The notes below the pieces were generated by a model. That model did no database searches. It was not told where the DNA came from and saw only the letters and a list, made by a program, of their open reading frames with translations. The position numbers and the translations under genes are program-made. A DNA stretch of 64,000 nucleotides from Verrucomicrobiota bacterium (GTDB lineage Bacteria; Verrucomicrobiota; Verrucomicrobiia; Limisphaerales; SXQI01), in contig JANRLX010000129.1 of assembly GCA_033762115.1 (NCBI GenBank), positions 16,638-80,637 of the forward strand. Direction: 5' to 3'. Positions 39,602-49,312 of this stretch are shown piece by piece. Numbering within the stretch: position 1 is the first letter of the stretch; each line of letters starts with the position of its first letter.

Positions 39602-40840
39602 ATGTCTGAACCAGTCATCAGGGTCGAACAGCTTTCAAAACGGTATATCCTGGCCCATAAAAATGAGGGTCAACAAGGTTTGCGGCATGTCCTGACCGAC
39701 ATGCTTTCGCGTCCGTTCAGCAGAAACAAAGAAAAATCCTTTAACGAGACAGAAGAATTCTGGGCGTTGAAGGACGTTTCATTCGAGGTGCACCGGGGGG
39801 ACGTCCTTGGAATCATCGGCAGAAATGGGGCTGGGAAATCCACGCTGTTGAAATGTTTGAGCCGGATCACGGAACCGAGTTCTGGAAGAATCACACTGCG
39901 TGGTCGCGTGGCGAGTTTGCTGGAAGTGGGGACTGGCTTTCACCCGGAGTTGACCGGGCGTGAAAACATTTTTCTTAACGGTGCGATTCTCGGGATGGCC
40001 CGGGTTGAAATTAAACAGAAATTTGATGAAATCGTCGCATTTGCGGAAGTCGAGCGGTTTATTGATACCCCGGTGAAACGTTATTCAAGCGGCATGTACG
40101 TTCGTTTGGCATTTGCGGTCGCTGCCCATCTGGAGCCTGAAATCCTGATCGTTGATGAAGTCCTGGCAGTAGGGGATGCTCAATTCCAGAAAAAGTGCCT
40201 TGGGAAAATGCAGGAGGTTTCAGTCCAGGAAGGAAGGACAGTTTTGTTTGTGAGCCATCAGCTCGCCTCCGTTAGGCGGCTTTGCAACCGCGCTTTGCTG
40301 ATGGAAAGAGGCACCACAACGGGTGTAATTGGAGTCGAAGAAGCGATCCAACGATACAACCAGCAGGGTGCTGACGTTCAATGTGATATTAATCTGAAAG
40401 AAGCCCGCCGTCCTGATACTGCCAGTGGACAGGCCCGGATCAACCGGGTCCGAATCAGCGAAGGATCTTCATTCCAGTATGGCTCTCCATTGCGTCTGGA
40501 TTTTGAAATCGATGCGGCATCTGCCCTGCGGAACTGCACTGTTGGCATCGGCTTTGACACTCTGGACGGCTATCGGATTCTTACCCTGGATTCCGACAAT
40601 AGCGGAGGCAACATTTCTCTTTCTCAAGGGAGCCAGAAAGTAAGTTTTTCGATTGAGCGGAATCCACTGCATCCCGGCGCTTACAGTTGCGGGGTGGCAA
40701 TTATGAATGGCCGACAGGTGGTGGATTTTGTCCCGAACTGCGGCGTTTGGGAAGTGCAGTCAAGTCCCAACGACACTTTAAGTGATCGCGGTTTTGCCGG
40801 TTGCCGTGTCCCAATCGAAGTGAGCCTGGAAACAACCTGA
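39602..40840 (+). CDS. wzt: Polysaccharide ABC transporter ATPase with C-terminal Wzt_C-like domain
   Basis: FWALKDVSF, GRNGAGKST, YSSGMYVRLAF, DEVLAVGD, C-terminal beta domain with L.PG.Y. Confidence 0.93.
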   Translation: MSEPVIRVEQLSKRYILAHKNEGQQGLRHVLTDMLSRPFSRNKEKSFNETEEFWALKDVSFEVHRGDVLGIIGRNGAGKSTLLKCLSRITEPSSGRITLRGRVASLLEVGTGFHPELTGRENIFLNGAILGMARVEIKQKFDEIVAFAEVERFIDTPVKRYSSGMYVRLAFAVAAHLEPEILIVDEVLAVGDAQFQKKCLGKMQEVSVQEGRTVLFVSHQLASVRRLCNRALLMERGTTTGVIGVEEAIQRYNQQGADVQCDINLKEARRPDTASGQARINRVRISEGSSFQYGSPLRLDFEIDAASALRNCTVGIGFDTLDGYRILTLDSDNSGGNISLSQGSQKVSFSIERNPLHPGAYSCGVAIMNGRQVVDFVPNCGVWEVQSSPNDTLSDRGFAGCRVPIEVSLETT

Positions 40841-40846
40841 AAAAAC

Positions 40847-41722
40847 ATGTTTACCGAACTTGCGACAGAAATTTTCACTCGCGGTCTTCTGGAACGAGGC
40901 GTTGCCGGAAAATCTGCAGCTTTTATTGAAGTCGGCCTTGGTAATATCAATTACAGTTTTTTATGGGCAACGACCCTTGGATTTCGATGCTATGCGGTCG
41001 AACCATTGCCATCCGAACATTTGATCAAAGCCACGGGAGACCACAAAGTGGATCTGGCAGTGGGTGCCATTTCTGATCATACCGGCGAGCAATCAATTTT
41101 TATCGGTGAAGTCAATGGTTCCACTGTTTCTGATGTTAGTTCACTTAATCCAAACTGGTGGGGTGGAAGTAAAAGGGAGCAGAAGGTCCAAACCTGGACT
41201 TTATCCGATTTCCTGACTTCAAAAAAAATTAATTCGGTTGCTGTCCTGAAGGTTGATACTGAAGGAAGCGAATACACAATTCTTGGGGGGCTTCGGGATA
41301 TTCCTTCGAATGTTCATCCAGAAATTATTATTTTTGAATATGGTGGGGGAGCTACGCGCGGAAGTAATTCAAGCGGGTGGAGTTCGGAGTTTTATCCAAA
41401 CACCTTGAAAATACTGGAACTGGCCAAGACCCTGGGATATTCCTCTTTCTTGATTCTGGAAGAACAGGAGCCTATGCCGATCCTGCTGGATTTCAGTAAA
41501 ATCAGTGATTTCGACGCCCTTTTTAAAGCGCACTGGACCGTCGGAAATATTATTTGCACGAAAAAGACTTTATCGAGTGACATCATGTCTTTGGTAGAGG
41601 TGCTCGAGCAGGAATCGAAAAAAGAGAGTGCTCGCATTCGTCGCGAAGCATTTAGGAATACCGTCAAGCATTATTCGATTCGATTTATCAGCGGTATCCG
41701 GCGCCGTTTGCCTTGCCTGTAA
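40847..41722 (+). CDS. FkbM family methyltransferase (divergent)
   Basis: IEVG, VEP, LKVDTEGSE, FEY. Confidence 0.78.
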   Translation: MFTELATEIFTRGLLERGVAGKSAAFIEVGLGNINYSFLWATTLGFRCYAVEPLPSEHLIKATGDHKVDLAVGAISDHTGEQSIFIGEVNGSTVSDVSSLNPNWWGGSKREQKVQTWTLSDFLTSKKINSVAVLKVDTEGSEYTILGGLRDIPSNVHPEIIIFEYGGGATRGSNSSGWSSEFYPNTLKILELAKTLGYSSFLILEEQEPMPILLDFSKISDFDALFKAHWTVGNIICTKKTLSSDIMSLVEVLEQESKKESARIRREAFRNTVKHYSIRFISGIRRRLPCL

Positions 41723-42504
41723 TTCCTGCATCATGGGAAGGTGAACCGGATTTAGTAAAGAGGGTAATCCGGTCCTGCTGGAATCATTCTCTGGTAGGTT
41801 ACACAGCTGGTCGAGCCAAACGGCATTTTCGGGAAAAATGGGTTCTGCCAAAAATTGGAAAAGTACAGGTCAACCAGATCAATTTGGATCTGACCGGACT
41901 TTCCTCTTCCATGAAAAACCGAATCCTTTCCGGGGAATATGAAACTGCGGAAATTGAAATGTGCAAAAGGCATTTCCGGCCTGAAGAGCGTGTGCTCGAG
42001 TTAGGAGCGGCGATTGGCTATGTTAGCTTATTTTGCCAGATTCACCTCAGTATTCAGGATTATGCAGTCGTGGAAGCAAATCCAAACACCACCCGGATGT
42101 TGTTGGAGAATTATCGATTGAACAACAAGTATCCAAATCTTATCACCGCAGCTTTGGATCGACAGGATGGGACCACAGAACTTTCATTGAATCCGGATTT
42201 TTGGGCTGATTCTTTGGTGAATGCGCATTTGTCTCAAAACCCATGTATCACTGTCCCATCGCTGACTTTGTCCTCGATTCTTAGCAAGCTGCCCTTTCGA
42301 CCTTCGACTCTTTTGATTGATATCGAGGGATCAGAAATTCACCTCGGGGAGGAAGTAATTCCTGCCGAGGTGACAAAGATTGTTTGTGAGTTGCATCCTG
42401 AACTGTTGGGAGTGAAAGCTGCTTTTAAGGTAATTTCTGATTTCTTTAAACAGGGGTTCCAAATCATCGATAATCAAAGTCAGGTTTACGTTTTGGCGAG
42501 ATAA
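41713..42504 (+). CDS. FkbM family methyltransferase
   Basis: YE..E, VLELGAAIG, VEANP, IDIEGSE, ELH. Confidence 0.82.
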   Translation: MPVIPASWEGEPDLVKRVIRSCWNHSLVGYTAGRAKRHFREKWVLPKIGKVQVNQINLDLTGLSSSMKNRILSGEYETAEIEMCKRHFRPEERVLELGAAIGYVSLFCQIHLSIQDYAVVEANPNTTRMLLENYRLNNKYPNLITAALDRQDGTTELSLNPDFWADSLVNAHLSQNPCITVPSLTLSSILSKLPFRPSTLLIDIEGSEIHLGEEVIPAEVTKIVCELHPELLGVKAAFKVISDFFKQGFQIIDNQSQVYVLAR

Positions 42505-42536
42505 TTGGAAACGAAGCGCAAGAAGCCTGCAACCGA

Positions 42537-43616
42537 ATGGAACAAGCAATTTCCATAAAAAAAGCAACTGCTTCCCCGGATTTTTCAAAATGGGCTGTGG
42601 TGGGCCTTAACGACGACACAGGGTTGGGGCGAATGGCTTGTGATGTCAGGAGCGTCCTCGGTTTTGGGCAGCATGTTGTCATTCCTTCGGAACGGCTGCA
42701 AACGCGTCCTTTGCTGAGTCCTCGTGACGTTATCCTGGACCGAAAAGCGGAGCGTGCCGTAATTAAAAATGCAATTGAAGGGCTGGAAGGATTGCTCATT
42801 TTGGAGCGTCATGATTGGGTCCCTGACCTTCTGAAAATTGCCAGGGAAAAAGGTGTCCGTACAGTTTGCGTTCCGATGTGGGAATGGTTCCGTGGACATT
42901 TAAGCGAGTGGCGGGACTGCGATTTATTTGCCTGTCCGAATAAATTTTGTGTCCAGATTGTTCAAAGTTACGGCTTTCGAAATGCGGTTTACCTCCCGTG
43001 GGCCCTCGATCTGGAAAAACTTCCGAAAAGGTCCATCGCCGGTCCGGCCAGGCATTTTGTGCATAATGCCGGGCTTGTGGATGCTGATGACCGAAAAGGA
43101 ACACGTGATACCATCAAGGCATTTGCGAAAGTTAAACGCACTGATCTGCGATTGACGGTTCGCATGCAGAAAGAGGCGGAACTCCCGAAGCATGATGAGA
43201 GGGTGCAAATCGAAATTGGGAATCAGGAATCATTGGCTGACCTTTATTCCGTGGGGGATGCCGCCATTCAACCTTCAAAGATGGAAGGGCTTGGTTTTAT
43301 GGTTTTGGAGCCGGTTTGCTCAGGAATTCCGGTGATCACTACGAATTATCCACCCATGAATGAATGGGTGCAGCAACCCGAGCTGCGTTGCAATCTTCGC
43401 TGGTTCAAACGAAAGGCCTTTGCTACCCAATGGGTGAAACATGCTCATTTAAGGCTCCCATCAATCGATGACCTGGCAAGGCGGATTGAGTGGTGTGCGG
43501 ATAATGATTTGAGGGGGATCTCGCAGGGGAACCGGTTTTGGGCTGAGCGAATTTTCAGTCGCGATTCGCTTCTGAATCACTGGCGCAGCGTGATCAAGGA
43601 GTTTTTCAAGTTATAA
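42537..43616 (+). CDS. Glycosyltransferase family 4 (divergent)
   Basis: DRKG, PSKMEGLGFMVLE...G.PVITT. Confidence 0.82.
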   Translation: MEQAISIKKATASPDFSKWAVVGLNDDTGLGRMACDVRSVLGFGQHVVIPSERLQTRPLLSPRDVILDRKAERAVIKNAIEGLEGLLILERHDWVPDLLKIAREKGVRTVCVPMWEWFRGHLSEWRDCDLFACPNKFCVQIVQSYGFRNAVYLPWALDLEKLPKRSIAGPARHFVHNAGLVDADDRKGTRDTIKAFAKVKRTDLRLTVRMQKEAELPKHDERVQIEIGNQESLADLYSVGDAAIQPSKMEGLGFMVLEPVCSGIPVITTNYPPMNEWVQQPELRCNLRWFKRKAFATQWVKHAHLRLPSIDDLARRIEWCADNDLRGISQGNRFWAERIFSRDSLLNHWRSVIKEFFKL

Positions 43617-43621
43617 ATTTC

Positions 43622-44455
43622 TTGAACGGTATCAGCGCATATATTCCGTGCTACAATAATGCGTTGTCCTTGAGCAAGGCGATTGAAAGCATGCGCAAAC
43701 AAACCGTTCAGGTGGATGAATTATTCGTTATCGATGATGGTTCCACTGATGATTCCCTTGCAATTGCTGCAAAGCACCAGGTCAAGGTGGTGTCGCTTGG
43801 GAAGAATTTTGGAAGAGGCCGGGTTCGTGCCGAGGCGGTCGAGAGGAGTATGAACCCATTTGTTCTTTCCTGTGATGCAACGAATGCGCTGGAGCCTGAT
43901 TTTTTGGAAAAAGCGCTGCCCCATTTTGATGTTTCCGCAACTGCTGCAGTGTTTGGACGGATTCGACAAATGCCGGGAGGAAATTTTATCCAACGCTGGA
44001 GAGGCCGACATTTGTTTCAGGAGGAGATCGCTGCATCTCTTGAAAAAAAAGCGTTGCTATCAACCTGGGGCTGTGTCTTGAGAAGGGAGGCAGCGTTAAA
44101 GGTGGGGAATTTTAATCCAAACCTCAGGCATTCTGAGGATGCCGACCTTGGAGAACGCCTCCTGAAACAAGGGTATGAGGTGGTTTTCGATCCAAGGTTG
44201 AATGTCTTTTCTGTGGTGGAAAATAGTCTGGGACAGGTGCTTGAACGTTACTGGAGATGGTACGCAGGAAAAAACGAAAACCTCTCCATTCGAAGCTATC
44301 TCAAACAAATCGTGTTTTCTATTAAAGTCCTTGCAGTACGTGATTGGCGTGCTGGCGACCCAGGCGCAAGCTTCGTAAGCTTGCTTGTTCCGCATTATCA
44401 ATTCTGGAAAACCCTCATCCGAAAGAGTCGAAAACATGGAAACTACAATCGCTAA
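43622..44455 (+). CDS. Glycosyltransferase family 2
   Basis: IPCYN, IDDGSTD, G.GR.R, EDADL. Confidence 0.88.
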   Translation: MNGISAYIPCYNNALSLSKAIESMRKQTVQVDELFVIDDGSTDDSLAIAAKHQVKVVSLGKNFGRGRVRAEAVERSMNPFVLSCDATNALEPDFLEKALPHFDVSATAAVFGRIRQMPGGNFIQRWRGRHLFQEEIAASLEKKALLSTWGCVLRREAALKVGNFNPNLRHSEDADLGERLLKQGYEVVFDPRLNVFSVVENSLGQVLERYWRWYAGKNENLSIRSYLKQIVFSIKVLAVRDWRAGDPGASFVSLLVPHYQFWKTLIRKSRKHGNYNR

Positions 44456-45179
44456 TGCCGCCCGATCACCCCTGCCTTCGCTGCTTGAAACAGCATTAAA
44501 GGAAGGACTGGTATACTCCGCTGATGGAACAAAAACAAAGCTGCACTCCAACGTTTCATTGGAGGAAGCTTTGCAGCTTTATAAAGCTGTCACCTCTTTG
44601 AAAGCCAGGCGTACTGCCGAGGTAGGCTTTGCCCAGGGAATTTCCTGCCTGGCCATCCTGCAAGGGCTCTCCGATAATGGCGGCGGTGAACATCATGTGA
44701 TGGACCCATTTCAGGCGAAGTTTGGAGATGTGGGGATAGAAATGGTTCGTCGAAGCGGCTTGAATCACCTGTTGACATTTTATCGCAAGTTTCCTGAGGA
44801 AGTGATCCCGTCCCTGCCCACGCTGGATTTTGTTTTTATTGATGCTTCCCATTTATTCGACCTCACGTTGTTTGAGTTCGTTCTCGCGGACAAAAAGCTC
44901 CGGGTCGGCGGGTACATCGGTTTTCATGATCTCTGGATGCCGTCATTGCAGAAGATGTTGCGATATATTTTGTCGAATCGATCCTACCGGGTGGTCAATG
45001 CCGCGCCTTCTTCAGGGCTTTCCTTCAAGCATCGTTTTCTCCAATCCCTTCCCGGCGCCGCCCGATTGCTTAAACCGGAAATGATTGAACCATGGAGCGC
45101 CTATGGAATGGGAAACATGGTCCTGATCGAAAAGACTGCGGATGATTCTCGTGAATGGACCCATCATGTGAACTTCTGA
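44436..45179 (+). CDS. Class I SAM-dependent methyltransferase (Methyltransf_24-like)
   Basis: EVGFAQGIS, MDPFQ, DFVFIDASH, GG.I.FHD. Confidence 0.85.
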   Translation: METTIANAARSPLPSLLETALKEGLVYSADGTKTKLHSNVSLEEALQLYKAVTSLKARRTAEVGFAQGISCLAILQGLSDNGGGEHHVMDPFQAKFGDVGIEMVRRSGLNHLLTFYRKFPEEVIPSLPTLDFVFIDASHLFDLTLFEFVLADKKLRVGGYIGFHDLWMPSLQKMLRYILSNRSYRVVNAAPSSGLSFKHRFLQSLPGAARLLKPEMIEPWSAYGMGNMVLIEKTADDSREWTHHVNF

Positions 45180-46018
45180 TGAGGCTCTCCGTCGTTATTC
45201 CAACCTGTAATCGGAACGATTTGCTTGAGCGTTGTCTTGAGCAATTAACTCCTGAACTGCAGGGAATTTCCGGAAATGACTTTGAAATCATTGTCACGGA
45301 TGACAGTCGTTCGTTTGAATCTTCTAAATTACAGGGAAAATTTCCTTCAGTGACCTTTCTGCAGGGACCGCGGCGCGGACCCGCTTCAAACCGAAACCAT
45401 GGCGCCAGGCATGCCAGGGGAGAGTGGATCGTATTTACGGATGATGATTGTGTTCCTGAACCGCAATGGCTCTCATCCTTTTGGAAGGCCTGTGATGGCA
45501 GCATCGCGGTTTATGAAGGGAAAACCACCTGCAAGGAAGGTGTTCGATCCCCACTGGAACATTCTCCAGTGAATCTCAACGGAGGATTTCTTTGGTCCTG
45601 CAATATGATGATTCACTCGGGTTTGTTTAAACAATTGGGAGGTTTCGACGAAGCGTTTCCATTTCCTCATATGGAAGATTGTGACATGCGGGAGCGCATT
45701 AAAGCCACGGGCAGCATGATCCGGTTTGTGCCTTCTGCGATTGTTGATCATCCTCCCAGAAAAGTCCCCTGGGGTGCCAAACGCGCACGAATGCATGAAA
45801 GCACAATTTACTACGAAAAAATCAAGCAGGGCATTCCAGGCAACCGATGCATTCCTCTGTTATGGTCCATATTTCGTTATCGGTTAGTTGCTATTAAGCA
45901 TCACTTTGCTCCGGGTTCTGCCATTTCCGCACTTATCTCTCTGGTGCTCGAACTGGCCGCTACTGCCTTCATGTGCCCGGGTTGGTGCCAAAAATACAAT
46001 CGGGCAACGCAGCGATGA
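45179..46018 (+). CDS. Glycosyltransferase family 2
   Basis: SVVIPT, GPASNRN.G, FTDDDC, GGFDE.F. Confidence 0.9.
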   Translation: MRLSVVIPTCNRNDLLERCLEQLTPELQGISGNDFEIIVTDDSRSFESSKLQGKFPSVTFLQGPRRGPASNRNHGARHARGEWIVFTDDDCVPEPQWLSSFWKACDGSIAVYEGKTTCKEGVRSPLEHSPVNLNGGFLWSCNMMIHSGLFKQLGGFDEAFPFPHMEDCDMRERIKATGSMIRFVPSAIVDHPPRKVPWGAKRARMHESTIYYEKIKQGIPGNRCIPLLWSIFRYRLVAIKHHFAPGSAISALISLVLELAATAFMCPGWCQKYNRATQR

Positions 46019-47154
46019 AAATCGCAAGTTTCACAAATTGTCCCATCGAACCGCACCTCGGTTCCGGAAAAACTGTATTGCAGTATACGACGGGGTTGCG
46101 CGCCCTGGGGCATGCGGTCGATGCGTTTTCTCCCTCTGAGTATGAATTCATGCCGAAGAAGGTCAAAGGAAGGAAATTTCGCCAAGCCTACGGCGCGAAT
46201 CAATTGCTGCTGAAAAATGATCGATGGAAAAATTACGATCTCATCGAATTTTACGGGGATGAATTTTGGCTTCCGACAAGGTCGCTCTCACGAATTCCTG
46301 ATCATCCTTTGCTGGTCGCACACACGAATGGATTGGAGTTGCTTGCATCTGAGCGACAAAAACCGTATCGACCGGGAGGGGTTCAAGGAATTGCAAGAAA
46401 TATCATCTCGGCCTTGACCCACTCCCGCTTTTCCCAAATTGCCTTCAAATCTGCCGACGCCTTCGTGAGTTTATGCAATTTGGATACTGAGTATGTCATC
46501 GAGAAAGGTTTATATCCGAAGGATTGGACGGCAACGATTGAACCTGGTTTGGATTCTGAATATCTCTCCCTTCCTTTTCGCTCCAACAAGGAAAAACGCC
46601 TGGTGTTTACTGGTTCATGGATTCCCCGCAAAGGCGTTGAAACGCTTGTTGCCTCCGTGATTCCAATTCTGAAAGAACATCCAGAGTATGCCCTGGATAT
46701 TTGCGGAGCAGCCTCACAAATCAGTGAGGTGAAGGCTTCATTTCCCGCAGACATTCTATCACGCGTTGCCGTGCATCCCAGGTTAACTGAGGCGCAGTTG
46801 GCTGCAATTTTATCCAACGCAGAAATTTACGTTTTTCCGACACGTTATGAAGGATTCGGCATCGCAACCGCTGAAGCGATGACCGCAAGTTGCGCGGTGG
46901 TCACCACGCGGACGGGGTTTGGAGGAAGCCTTAAAAATGGGCAGGAGGCGATCCTCTGTGATTTTGATTCGAGCGAGCAATTCACCGCAGCCATTCGGAA
47001 ATTGATTTCAGATCCCGTCTATCGCACGACCCTTGCGAAAAAGGGGTGGGAACGGGCACGGGCGCTGACGTGGGAATCAAACGTGGCCAAGCTCGAACGC
47101 CAATATTTGAACTGGCTCGAACGTCATCGCAAGGGAGAACGGAAATGGCGCTAA
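46015..47154 (+). CDS. Glycosyltransferase family 4
   Basis: RKG, YEGFGIATAEAM. Confidence 0.9.
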   Translation: MKIASFTNCPIEPHLGSGKTVLQYTTGLRALGHAVDAFSPSEYEFMPKKVKGRKFRQAYGANQLLLKNDRWKNYDLIEFYGDEFWLPTRSLSRIPDHPLLVAHTNGLELLASERQKPYRPGGVQGIARNIISALTHSRFSQIAFKSADAFVSLCNLDTEYVIEKGLYPKDWTATIEPGLDSEYLSLPFRSNKEKRLVFTGSWIPRKGVETLVASVIPILKEHPEYALDICGAASQISEVKASFPADILSRVAVHPRLTEAQLAAILSNAEIYVFPTRYEGFGIATAEAMTASCAVVTTRTGFGGSLKNGQEAILCDFDSSEQFTAAIRKLISDPVYRTTLAKKGWERARALTWESNVAKLERQYLNWLERHRKGERKWR

Positions 47155-48299
47155 AAATCGCTTTTCTGACAGGATGCCTGGAACGCGGAAAAGATGGTGT
47201 CGGTGATTTCACTCAGGACCTCGCCGCTTCTCTCGAAAAGCGAGGAATGACCACCATGGTGATTTCTCTTTGTGAGCCTGAACTCAATCAAGCAAAAGCC
47301 AGCGAACGCGCTGTCCGCATTCCTCGCTCATTGCCTCTTGGGGAACGTTTCAACCTTGTTGAATCTCATCTTGGCAAGTTTTCACCGGGCATCGTTAGCT
47401 GGCAATTTGTTCCGTACGCTTATCATCCGCGCGGTTTCGTTCAGGAGTTGCAACCGTTTGTAAAAAAGTTGAAGCAATGGAACTGGGACCTTTTTTTTCA
47501 TGAGCTTTGGCTTGGAGATGAGAGAAACTCCAGATTGAAGGAAAAAATCGTGGGTTATCTTCAGAAATCTCGATTAATGCATTTTGTATCGGAGCTAAAA
47601 CCGAACAGCTATCAAACAACCAATTTTGCCTATGCATGGCGCATGAACAAAGTTGGATGGAAATCCGCAGTGACACCCTTGGATGGAAGCATCCCGATTA
47701 ATGGAAATGCGTCCAGATCGGAATTTATCTCGATATTGCAGAAGGAAACTCAACTGCTTCCTGCGCTTGAAGATGCTCTGGTCTGCACCTTATTTGGAAG
47801 TTTGCATCCGGTCTGGCCTGCTGAGCCGCTTCTGACCCGGTTAAAACAGGCAGCTTCGGGGATGGGAAAGCAATTGATTCTGCTTTCAGTGGGCAGTCTC
47901 GGACCATGCAAGGAACTCTGGAACCACCTTGCGGCCAGGTATCCTGATATTCGTTTCATCAAACTGGGTTTTCGTTCAATGGCCGAGATCAGTTGTGTGC
48001 TACAGCAGAGTGATTTTGGACTCGCGACCACTCCTTATCTGTTGCTGGGGAAGAGCGCGAGTGTGGCTGCGATGCTTGATCATGGCCTCCCTGTGATCGT
48101 CAATCGTGAGGATTATCAGCTTCGCGGTTATTCAGCGCCTCCGTTTTGGGCGGAAGATCGATTGGTCCGTCTCAATCCCGACTTTACCAGTAAAATCCGC
48201 ACATTGAAACGGAAGCCACCCACATCCAATTCTCCCCAAACTGTGCAGGCATTCTTAACGAATCTCAAAATGGATTCAGCGTGGATTGGACTTTCTTGA
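47145..48299 (+). CDS. Putative glycosyltransferase (GT-B, divergent)
   Basis: DGVGDFT, FHELW, KS.SVAAML.HGLPVI. Confidence 0.7.
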   Translation: MALKIAFLTGCLERGKDGVGDFTQDLAASLEKRGMTTMVISLCEPELNQAKASERAVRIPRSLPLGERFNLVESHLGKFSPGIVSWQFVPYAYHPRGFVQELQPFVKKLKQWNWDLFFHELWLGDERNSRLKEKIVGYLQKSRLMHFVSELKPNSYQTTNFAYAWRMNKVGWKSAVTPLDGSIPINGNASRSEFISILQKETQLLPALEDALVCTLFGSLHPVWPAEPLLTRLKQAASGMGKQLILLSVGSLGPCKELWNHLAARYPDIRFIKLGFRSMAEISCVLQQSDFGLATTPYLLLGKSASVAAMLDHGLPVIVNREDYQLRGYSAPPFWAEDRLVRLNPDFTSKIRTLKRKPPTSNSPQTVQAFLTNLKMDSAWIGLS

Positions 48300-49312
48300 A
48301 GATATCGTTTTTCTCTCATTTTTTTTCTCCCAGCATCGGCGGGATCGAACAGGTGAGTCTTGTCCTTGCACAAGAGTTTGTTCGCCAGGGACACTCGGTT
48401 GAAGTGATGACCACAACCATGGCGCCTGATTCCATTTCGCATCCGTTTCCCGTGCATAGACGTCCCTCAGCGGGGGCGGTGATGAAAATTGTCCGGAATT
48501 CAGACCTGGTATTTCATAATAATGTGGGCCTGAATTACGCGTGGCCATTGCTCGTGCAAAAAAAGCCGTGGGTGGTGGCCCATCACGTCTGGATCACTCG
48601 TCCGGATGGCTCAATTTCCGGGAAGGATCGCTTGAAAAAGCAGGTTTTGAAATGTGCAACAAATACAGCGGTGAGTCATGCCCTGGCGGAGCGGCTCCCA
48701 TTTTCATGCAGGATCATTCCCAATCCGTACAACAACTCTGTTTTTCGAAAAATTTCCGGAATTCAGAGGGACAAGGACATCATTTTCCTTGGCCGCCTTG
48801 TCTCAGATAAAGGAGTGGATCTGCTGATTGAAGCAGTTTCTTCGATGATGACGCAATTTCCTGATCTGACAGTTTCAATTGTTGGAAGTGGCCCGGAGCT
48901 GGCCACACTTCAAGGTATGGTTCAGGAGAAAAAGCTAACTAGCGTTGTTCAATTCGCAGGCTCCCTTTCCGGGGATAACCTGACCAGTATGCTTCATCGT
49001 CATCGTGTCATCGCGGTGCCTTCACGCTGGGACGAACCATTTGGATTGGTTGCACTTGAAGGAATAGCCTGCGGATGTGTTCCTGTTATTCCGGACTCTG
49101 GCGGGCTTCCTGAAGCTGCGGGTCCGTGTGGCCTTAAATTTCGTCACCGCTCGGCCGAAGATTTATCGCGCTGTTTAACCGAGGCTCTTTCGTCAGAATC
49201 TTTGCGTGCGAAATGTCTTCAGCAGGCTCCGGCTCATCTGGAAAAGCATACGCCTGAGAAAATTGCTGCGCAATATCTGGAGCTTTTCACGTCACTAGTC
49301 AGTCGCAACTAA
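48296..49312 (+). CDS. Glycosyltransferase family 4
   Basis: P.IGGIE, GRLVSDKG, EPFGLVALE. Confidence 0.9.
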   Translation: MKISFFSHFFSPSIGGIEQVSLVLAQEFVRQGHSVEVMTTTMAPDSISHPFPVHRRPSAGAVMKIVRNSDLVFHNNVGLNYAWPLLVQKKPWVVAHHVWITRPDGSISGKDRLKKQVLKCATNTAVSHALAERLPFSCRIIPNPYNNSVFRKISGIQRDKDIIFLGRLVSDKGVDLLIEAVSSMMTQFPDLTVSIVGSGPELATLQGMVQEKKLTSVVQFAGSLSGDNLTSMLHRHRVIAVPSRWDEPFGLVALEGIACGCVPVIPDSGGLPEAAGPCGLKFRHRSAEDLSRCLTEALSSESLRAKCLQQAPAHLEKHTPEKIAAQYLELFTSLVSRN

